Below are positions 16,841-23,335 of a stretch of 30,367 nucleotides of DNA, piece by piece. Within the stretch, counting starts at the first letter, position 1. Every line of letters starts with the position of its first letter. This stretch comes from a virus (Duplodnaviria > Heunggongvirae > Uroviricota > Caudoviricetes): the IMG/VR virus record IMGVR_UViG_3300036885_000228, positions 1-30,367 of that record. One strand, 5' to 3'. The position numbers were made by a program, and so were the translations under genes. The notes under the pieces were generated by a model that made no database searches, was not told the DNA's origin, and saw only the letters and a program-made list of their open reading frames with translations.

Positions 16841-19834
16841 ATGGATAAAGTTAATCAAGCATTGGATAGATTCGAAAAAGCAGTCGATATTTCTTTCGCG
16901 GGTGGAATTCCGAATAGCATTTTAGCTAGACAGGATTTGGAAGCCGCAATCGTGAAACTTACCTATCGTGAGACTCCTCTCAGAGACATTGTCACAAGAG
17001 TCAAAGGTGAAGGTAGAGCACATTTGTGGAACCAAAGAATCAAATTAGGTTCTAACCCTGCAGAACTTACAACTGCTATGTTCTATGCCGATGGAGGAAC
17101 TCCTACGTTTTCAGATCCAGTTTATGTTCAAAAGACGGCCGCATATAAATACCTTAAACAAATTCTGAGGCATATATTTGTGAAAATATATGAAAATTTG
17201 GCTATATCGGTGAAACTCTTACATTGAGACAATACCGAGGGAAGATTCTAAAAATATTTAGAGAACCCGTAGAGACTACACGCCAAACACTTTATGCTTG
17301 AGATCCTTTACAAATATTGACAAATATGTTATAATATACTATATGAATAAAACATTAATCTGTCAAATTTGTAATAAAAACTTTGTAGTTAGAGATGGTT
17401 CAACTGCTAAATTTTGTAGTTATCATTGTTATTGGATATCGAAAAAGGGACGTAAATGGGGAAGACCATTTATTAAAGGTGGAAAATCTTGGAATTCGGG
17501 GAAAACCGGTTTGCAAATTTCACCATTTAAAGGTTTAACCAAATACGATCACCCAAGTCTGATGTCAAATTCAATAAAAAATTCTGAAAAGACAAAACTT
17601 CAGTATTTAAGAACTGGCAAAGAACAATGGTTATTAGATCGGAAAAGGTTTACTAGAAAAGGAAAGAAAAATTCTGATAAACAAAAGAATGCAGCAAGAA
17701 TTGCAATTCATAAGACAATAGAAAGTGGTAGATTAAGACAAAAATATCATGATACAAATATTGAAGTTAAAGTTGCCAATATTCTAAAAGACTTAGGAAT
17801 ACAATTTGAAAAACAAAAAAGAATACCGAAGATTGTCACACCTGATTTATATATACCGATAATTGATACACATATTTTCTGTGATGGTGATCATTGGCAT
17901 TCATTAGCAAATGTAGTTAAGCGAGACTTATTTGTTAATTCAAAATTGACAGAACTACAAATTAAATTTATTAGATTCAAAGGTTCTTTAATTTTAAAAG
18001 AACCTGATAAAGTAAAAGATCTCATTTTAAAGTTGATGATATAGTCCGAACTCTATGGTGACATAGAGAAATAAATAGAAATATTTATTCGATTACATCA
18101 TGTAATTCGTAACATACTGGGAATTGCGGCAAATATTACTGGACCCATGATTGCGAGTGGACGTTCGTTCACAGATATAGAAGCAGAAGTTGCAGAGGCT
18201 AAACTTCGCCAGGTTATTCAGGGCGAGGAATGGGCCCTATTTCACGGTGACTCTGTAGTCGATCCTTTGCAATTTGATGGACTTGATACACAATTAGTTT
18301 CTAACGTCATCGACAAAAGCGGTGCTGCGTTGAACCTTGAAGATGTCTGGAAAGCTGTAAAGCTTATCAGATTACAAGGTGGACAACCGACACACGTCTT
18401 TTGTTCCTTCGGCGTTCAGAATCAATTGAACTCTTTGCTTATTGGTGATCTGAGATATATTGCTCAGCAAGGTACAGTCGTTACAATGGGATTGAATGCA
18501 AATAACATTCAAACTCCTGCTGGCGTCTTACCTTTGATTGGTGATTTCTTCATCAACCCGAGCTCTCCTTACCAATACAACCAAGCTGGTTCTTCTGGCC
18601 CTCAAGGCAACTCTGTTTCTAGCGTTTACGTGTTAAACGTTCCAGAAATAAATATGGTTAAATCAAATTGACCATACAAAACTTCGCTATATCGGGGAAA
18701 GCTAAATCTAGTATTCTTGCTAGACATGTCAATCCCGAGGCAACCTACACATTGTAGAGAGTCCGTAGAGACTACACGCGAAGAATAGAAATTTTCTATT
18801 ATGATATAGTCCGACCATACGGGAAACCGTATGAGCAAGATAGAAATACTCTTGCAATACCAAATGGTAGATTAACAATTTAGGATTTGATGCCAATCGG
18901 GCGCACAGAACTTGCGAAAGTCGCAGACACGGTTAGATTTTACATAAACGAATACACGTCTATGGCCGTAAACTTTTGCGGCATATGATTGTGAAATCAT
19001 ATTAAAAATTGAGCTATATCGGAAAAACTCCCAACTGAAATAAGTGGACAATTCCGAGGAAAGACTTATAAATTATAAGTATCCGTAGAGACTACACGCT
19101 CGATATCTAAAAATCATGAAATGTTTAAATTGTAAGATTGAAGAAGCAAAAAGAGGTTGTCAATTCTGTTCTAAGAGTTGTCGATATTCTTATTTTTCTG
19201 GTGATAGAAATCCAGCTAAAAGAAAGGATGTCAGACAAAAACTTAAAGAAAAAGCTAGAATTAGAGAATTGAATCCTGACTATTCTTTAAAATTATGGCA
19301 ACGAAATAAATACGGTTGGATAACTAAAACCTGTTTATTTTGCAATACTGAATTTTCGACTCGTAGATGCTATCATCGGAAGTTTTGTTCATTCAATTGT
19401 AGTAAATTATATCATGTAGGCAAGAATCATCATTTTCCATATATTGAACGAAAACCGGGTGCCTATGGATATAATTGGCCAGAACAAAAAAGAAAAGTAA
19501 AAGAAAGAGATAAAAATATTTGCCAAATCTGTGGAAAAAATCAATCACAAAATTTTGGACAAAATATGGATATTCATCATCTTATTCCTTTTCTACTTTT
19601 TACTTCATATGAACAGGCTAACAAGTTAGAAAATCTTACAAGTCTATGCATTGAATGTCATAGACGTCAGAAAAGAAAACTTTCATGGTTTAGAGATAAT
19701 GATATAGTCCGAACTGCATTGGAAGATGCAGAGATAGACAGAAATGTTCTATCACTACTAAAAAGTAGTTAACAAATCGAAAAGCTGAACCTTGGCAAGC
19801 AGTTATCAAGAACGTTAGCGATCCGAATTCCTAA
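16841..19834 (+). CDS. Major capsid protein, spliced: exons 16841-17155, 18120-18659, 18884-18969, 19780-19834 (996 nt, 331 aa); SU10/SPO1-like HK97 fold
   Basis: Joining exons at U|...G| junctions gives a continuous frame: AAYKYL|GIAANITG, EINMV|DLMPIGRTELAKVADTVRFYINEYTSMAV|KAEPWQAVIKNVSDPNS*. Position after the protease; QFDGL and LAK..D.VRF motifs typical of this capsid family. Confidence 0.88.
17307..17335 (+). promoter_or_regulatory. Sigma70-type promoter inside intron 1
   Basis: TTTACA-N17-TATAAT with TGt extended -10; ATG 17343 lies 7 nt downstream. Confidence 0.7.
17343..18044 (+). CDS. Intron-encoded homing endonuclease (Zn-finger + DUF559/Vsr-like, EDxHD-type)
   Basis: CQIC...FCSYHC; T.IE..V..IL..LGIQFE.Q...PDLYIP...FCDGDHWH...RD. 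Confidence 0.85.
   Translation: MNKTLICQICNKNFVVRDGSTAKFCSYHCYWISKKGRKWGRPFIKGGKSWNSGKTGLQISPFKGLTKYDHPSLMSNSIKNSEKTKLQYLRTGKEQWLLDRKRFTRKGKKNSDKQKNAARIAIHKTIESGRLRQKYHDTNIEVKVANILKDLGIQFEKQKRIPKIVTPDLYIPIIDTHIFCDGDHWHSLANVVKRDLFVNSKLTELQIKFIRFKGSLILKEPDKVKDLILKLMI
18660..18883 (+). ncRNA. Group I intron 2 (224 nt, ORF-less)
   Basis: P1 TGGTT|/GACCA, P10 TCAAATT/GATTTGA, P3 TTCGC/GCGAA, P7 GAGACTA (18768)/TAGTC (18807), terminal G. Confidence 0.92.
18884..18969 (+). CDS. Major capsid protein exon 3 (86 nt; absent from ORF track)
   Basis: DLMPIGRTELAKVADTVRFYINEYTSMA + GT, bounded by predicted splice sites. Confidence 0.85.
18970..19779 (+). mobile_element. Group I intron 3 (810 nt) with HNH endonuclease ORF
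   Basis: P1 GCCGT|/GCGGC, P10 CTTTT/AAAAG, P2 ATATGATT/AATCATAT, P3 TTGAGC/GCTCGA, P7 GAGACTA (19088)/TAGTC (19705), terminal G. Confidence 0.92.
19116..19772 (+). CDS. Intron-encoded HNH homing endonuclease with Zn fingers
   Basis: CQICG...DIHHLIPF...NKLENLTSLCIECH; N-terminal CxxC/FCSxxC repeats. Confidence 0.9.
   Translation: MKCLNCKIEEAKRGCQFCSKSCRYSYFSGDRNPAKRKDVRQKLKEKARIRELNPDYSLKLWQRNKYGWITKTCLFCNTEFSTRRCYHRKFCSFNCSKLYHVGKNHHFPYIERKPGAYGYNWPEQKRKVKERDKNICQICGKNQSQNFGQNMDIHHLIPFLLFTSYEQANKLENLTSLCIECHRRQKRKLSWFRDNDIVRTALEDAEIDRNVLSLLKSS
19780..19834 (+). CDS. Major capsid protein exon 4 (55 nt; absent from ORF track)
   Basis: A + KAEPWQAVIKNVSDPNS*; completes the phase-2 GTA codon. 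Confidence 0.85.
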
Positions 19835-19854
19835 TTGAATTCAAAATTCGTATA

Positions 19855-19883
19855 CTGTGCTTCATAATAAAAATGGAGCACAG
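19855..19883 (+). terminator. Hairpin after the capsid gene (terminator or mRNA-stabilising stem)
   Basis: CTGTGCTTCAT/ATGGAGCACAG 11-bp stem; no U-tract. Confidence 0.4.
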
Positions 19884-19893
19884 GAACGAGTAA

Positions 19894-20304
19894 ATGAATA
19901 TTAAAATAAGTATTGTATTAGTGATTATTTTCTCATTAATTGGAATTGCTGTATTACCTTATTTTTCAGAAGGAGATGAACAGATAGCTCAAACAATTGA
20001 TACAGTACAAAATTATTTACCGGTAAATCAGGCCTGGCCTACACAAGATGAAATCAAAACCTACATCACCCAAGAAGCTTTAAAACATGGGATAAGTCCG
20101 ATGGTAGCTTTACGTATTGCAAATTGTGAAAGTGGGTATGATAGATTAGTAAAGAATCAAAATTCTACAGCAACTGGAATTTACCAGTTCTTAGATTCTA
20201 CTTGGGAACATAATTGTACAGGAAATAGATTAGATCCATACGCAAACGTTGATTGCTTTATGGATAATTATATAAGACATAAAGACTGGTGGGTCTGCAA
20301 ATAA
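19894..20304 (+). CDS. Lysozyme-like/SLT lytic transglycosylase with N-terminal membrane anchor
   Basis: ALRIANCESG (catalytic Glu), NSTATGIYQF..STW; hydrophobic N-terminus. Confidence 0.8.
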   Translation: MNIKISIVLVIIFSLIGIAVLPYFSEGDEQIAQTIDTVQNYLPVNQAWPTQDEIKTYITQEALKHGISPMVALRIANCESGYDRLVKNQNSTATGIYQFLDSTWEHNCTGNRLDPYANVDCFMDNYIRHKDWWVCK

Positions 20305-20308
20305 AAAT

Positions 20309-20608
20309 ATGAATGAATTTCAGAAAAATTTTAAAGAGAATTTATCAATTGAGTCAATACTAAAAGGTGGACCAGGGTCTGGCGGTTCTAGAGAAGGTGC
20401 AGGTAGGCCTTCTGGTTCTAGTAATGAACCCAGTGGTAATGAAAAAGAAGCAATAAACACAACTCACGATTTACTCGGTCAAGGACATAGTGAAAACGTA
20501 ATATTAAATAAATTGATAATGTATTTTCCTGAAATATCCGAATATGATTTAGAAAATATAATGAATAATGTCAAATCTGGAAATTTAAAAAGGCAAGACA
20601 TGACATAA
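20309..20608 (+). CDS. KGG-motif protein 3, putative internal head/cargo protein
   Basis: EFQKNFKENLSIESILK followed by GGPGSGGSREGAGRPSGS. Confidence 0.75.
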   Translation: MNEFQKNFKENLSIESILKGGPGSGGSREGAGRPSGSSNEPSGNEKEAINTTHDLLGQGHSENVILNKLIMYFPEISEYDLENIMNNVKSGNLKRQDMT

Positions 20609-20619
20609 ATAGTAGATAG

Positions 20620-21513
20620 TTCTTTGACAATTTACGCTAAGCATAATCGAAAGGTGAGAAGTTGCCTAATTGTGGCACATGAAAACCTATAAAATTTATG
20701 CTAAATAATGGATACGAAGTGAGTGTATTTGTCAACGGTCATAAAGTTGATGAGTATTTAAAAGATGGAAAAGTATATATTGAAGCCAGAAAAGATACAA
20801 AATACACGATAAAGATTAAGAATAATTCTTGGAAAAAAATTCTTGCTGTTCCAACCGTTGATGGGCTCTCAGTTATCAATGGTAAAGAAGCTAGTTTTAA
20901 TTCACCAGGTTATATAATACAACCATATTCATCTACCACAATAGATGGATGGAGGAAAAATGATAGCGAGGTTGCTGAGTTCTATTTTTCTGATATGAAA
21001 AAGTCTTATGCTACCAAGGTTGAAAAGGCTGGAAATCAAGGAGTTATTGGAGTTGCTATATACAGTGAGAAGGAACGAGAAGTTACTATTACTAAGACTT
21101 ATATTTATCCTCAAGTTCAAGTTTGGCCGTGGTGGAATAACTATACGATTTATGGTGGAATTGTTACTACATTTACTTCAGGAATTAGTAATTTAATTGT
21201 TAAAGATTCTGACAATTCGTTTAATCAAGTAAATTGCTTTAGTTGTCAAGCAAGCAATTCAGTTCAAGATGTGGGAACTGGTTGGGGAGAAACTAAGAAG
21301 AGTGAAGTTATAAATACTTCATTTGATGAAGATAAAAGTTCATTGGTATTGTTTGAGATATTCTATAATACTCGAAAAGAATTAGAAAAAGCAGGTATTC
21401 AATTTGAGAAGAAAGTTAATTATGTTAGCTTTCCTAAATCATTTCCTAATGAATATTGCCAAGAACCAAAAGAGTAATTAATTAAGTAAAGCTTAGCGTA
21501 AATTGTTAGAGAA
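20620..21513. repeat. 23-bp inverted repeat (20620-20642 / 21491-21513) bracketing one gene
   Basis: TTCTTTGACAATTTACGCTAAGC versus GCTTAGCGTAAATTGTTAGAGAA: 21 Watson-Crick pairs plus 2 G-U. Confidence 0.85.
20698..21477 (+). CDS. Conserved hypothetical beta-rich protein
   Basis: YIEA...Y.I.I.N....ILAV..VDG.SV..G..AS...GYII.P.....IDGWR......F.F....SYA.....GNQGVIGVAIY.E resembles a widespread uncharacterised bacterial/phage family. Confidence 0.75.
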   Translation: MLNNGYEVSVFVNGHKVDEYLKDGKVYIEARKDTKYTIKIKNNSWKKILAVPTVDGLSVINGKEASFNSPGYIIQPYSSTTIDGWRKNDSEVAEFYFSDMKKSYATKVEKAGNQGVIGVAIYSEKEREVTITKTYIYPQVQVWPWWNNYTIYGGIVTTFTSGISNLIVKDSDNSFNQVNCFSCQASNSVQDVGTGWGETKKSEVINTSFDEDKSSLVLFEIFYNTRKELEKAGIQFEKKVNYVSFPKSFPNEYCQEPKE

Positions 21514-21516
21514 TAT

Positions 21517-21915
21517 TTGTTCTTTAAAATGTGGAGTCAAAGTCAAGTCAAAGTTATGTCACTAAAAAAAATGTTAAGAGATACGGACAAGGATATTATA
21601 ACCATTAAATCCATAGATGGTGGGGGATTTTCAATGGATTGTAAGAATGAAGAAAGTGGTGAGCAATGGGGAACTAATTATTATGGATTAGTTGCCTATG
21701 ACTCATTGAGAAATTTAGAGGGGAAAGTTCTCACACTTATAGATGCTACTTTTACCGATAAAGAGCAACGTAAATCAGTAAAAGATATTTTCCGAAGAAC
21801 GTTTTGGTTCGATTGGGTAGAGAATCATATTTATAGAGGAAAGGATGGTTTGCCAGTTGGGATGCCAACAATTTCTACTATTTCATCAATAGATGATTGT
21901 AATCCTAATCAATAA
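21517..21915 (+). CDS. Hypothetical protein (start uncertain)
   Basis: ORF track; TTG start called, ATG alternatives nearby. Confidence 0.65.
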   Translation: MFFKMWSQSQVKVMSLKKMLRDTDKDIITIKSIDGGGFSMDCKNEESGEQWGTNYYGLVAYDSLRNLEGKVLTLIDATFTDKEQRKSVKDIFRRTFWFDWVENHIYRGKDGLPVGMPTISTISSIDDCNPNQ

Positions 21916-21959
21916 TAAAATAATAAACTTAGACTCCACACTTTAGAGAATAAGATATA

Positions 21960-22013
21960 AGAATATACATAATTGAGATTCTAATTCATCTGAAGTCATT
22001 CAGATGACATCAA
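21960..22013 (+). promoter_or_regulatory. Bipartite repeated element, copy 2
   Basis: AGAATATACAT-N13-ATTCATCTGAAGTCATTCAGATGACATCAA; the 30-nt part is 27/30 identical to copy 1. Confidence 0.6.
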
Positions 22014-22036
22014 AACTGATTAGATTGTTAATATAT

Positions 22037-22774
22037 ATGAAAATAACGGTGGTAATACCAGTTTTTAACCTTTACTTGGAATTCACTAAAAACTGTATAA
22101 AGTCAATACTAAATCAAAACGTACCTGACGAGTATAACGTGAATATTTTAGTAATCAATAATTGCTCAACTGACAATACATCAAATGAAGTAAAAGAATT
22201 GATTAGTTATAATTTACCAATACAGATAATAGATAATCCAGAAAATTATGGATGTGCTAAATCATGGAATCAAGGAAGTAAAGTTGCGTTTGATGAAGGG
22301 TCGGATTATGTATTTATAATCAATAATGATGTACTGTTTCAACGTAGCTGTATCGCAAATCTTGTTAAGAGATTAGAGTTAAATGATGATGTCATTTTAG
22401 TTTCAGCAAAACATGTCAATACTCCTGAAGAAGTCAATCATGAATTAGTACTACCATTTACTGAGGTTGAATCACCCAGTTTTTCTGCATTCATGATTGG
22501 ATGTAACTGTTGGGGATTGATTGGAAATTTTGATGAAGAATTTAAACCTGCTTATTTTGAAGACAATGATTATCATTATAGAATAAAATTAGCAGGTAAG
22601 AAAGCAATAACGACTTCTACAGCAATATATCATCACTTTGGTTCTAGAACACAAAATCAATTACCTGGAGGAGTTTGCAGATCACAACAGTTTGAGAATA
22701 ATAGAGCATATTTTGCAAAGAAATGGGGTGGAGTTCCTGGAAAGGAAATCTACAAAACACCATTTAGTATGTAA
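22037..22774 (+). CDS. GT2 family glycosyltransferase (likely start ATG 22037)
   Basis: ITVVIPVFN, ILVINNCSTD, NYGCAKSWNQG, IINNDV, FDEEF.PAYFEDNDY. Confidence 0.92.
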   Translation: MKITVVIPVFNLYLEFTKNCIKSILNQNVPDEYNVNILVINNCSTDNTSNEVKELISYNLPIQIIDNPENYGCAKSWNQGSKVAFDEGSDYVFIINNDVLFQRSCIANLVKRLELNDDVILVSAKHVNTPEEVNHELVLPFTEVESPSFSAFMIGCNCWGLIGNFDEEFKPAYFEDNDYHYRIKLAGKKAITTSTAIYHHFGSRTQNQLPGGVCRSQQFENNRAYFAKKWGGVPGKEIYKTPFSM

Positions 22775-22775
22775 T

Positions 22776-22958
22776 ATGTCAGATATTGTAAACGGAATGA
22801 CTGCTTATAATAAACACAAAGAGCCAACTAAAAAAATGAAAGAAATTTTAGATAAGAATGGAAGTCTTTCTGATTACAAGAAAGAATTACAAGAGAATCC
22901 ACCAGAAAGATATAAGGAAGATGAAATAAAGATAGATTTTTATAAAATGCTGAGTTAA
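22776..22958 (+). CDS. Hypothetical protein (likely start ATG 22776)
   Basis: Follows the GT2 stop by 1 nt. Confidence 0.6.
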   Translation: MSDIVNGMTAYNKHKEPTKKMKEILDKNGSLSDYKKELQENPPERYKEDEIKIDFYKMLS

Positions 22959-23021
22959 AGGTCGGGGAAATTTAAAGAGGCCACCCTAATTGCCTCTCAA
23001 AAATATAAAGGAGAAAATTAT

Positions 23022-23264
23022 ATGATATTATCAATTGAAAATTTAAGAACTGCTGAACGGTATTTAAAGAATGCTTATCGTGCTGTCAGAGCAGCATCGT
23101 ATTCTGCTAGCGGAGGTTTTGAGCCAGAGTCAGGAAAAGGTTTTGACTGGCCAGGAACTCCAGGTTTAGATCTTGCTGACATTAGAGCAATTATGGCTGG
23201 TTCAACTGATGCATTTGACGCTGCAGAGAATGTTCTTGATGAAGTTAGTGATTACATTTTGTAG
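23022..23264 (+). CDS. Small hypothetical protein, possibly structural
   Basis: Preceded by AAGGAG, the clearest Shine-Dalgarno seen in the window; Ala/Gly/Asp-rich. Confidence 0.7.
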   Translation: MILSIENLRTAERYLKNAYRAVRAASYSASGGFEPESGKGFDWPGTPGLDLADIRAIMAGSTDAFDAAENVLDEVSDYIL

Positions 23265-23275
23265 ACTATTTACAG

Positions 23276-23302
23276 TTGGTACTTCACAAATTGGAGTACC
23301 AA
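23276..23302 (+). terminator. Hairpin after ORF 23022-23264
   Basis: TTGGTACTTCA/TGGAGTACCAA 11-bp stem; no U-tract. Confidence 0.4.
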
Positions 23303-23335
23303 AGTAAGTAGTCATTGAACAATTAGTATAAATCT

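Larger units (their letters stand above)
17156..18119 (+). mobile_element. Group I intron 1 (964 nt) with endonuclease ORF in the P8 region
   Basis: P1 CCTT|/GAGG with U-G at the splice site, P10 AATTCT/GGAATT, P2 CATATATTT/AAATATATG, P3 TTGGC/GCCAA, P7 GAGACTA (17272)/TAGTC (18042), terminal G. Confidence 0.92.

Noticed and set aside
17156-17227. C-terminal extensions of ORFs 16841-17227 and 18147-18671
   Set aside because: They are read-through into intron sequence; the true exons end at 17155 and 18659.
20624-20647. TTGACA...CATAAT promoter
   Set aside because: The spacer is only 12 nt; TTGACA is part of the inverted-repeat arm.
3360-22013. CRISPR array interpretation of the short repeats
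   Set aside because: Only 2-3 dispersed copies, no regular spacers, no cas genes.
22959-23000. Possible riboswitch or pseudoknot (GAGGC/GCCTC hairpin, GGGG/ACCC) before ORF 23022
   Set aside because: Only short stems and no recognisable aptamer consensus; too weak without covariation data.
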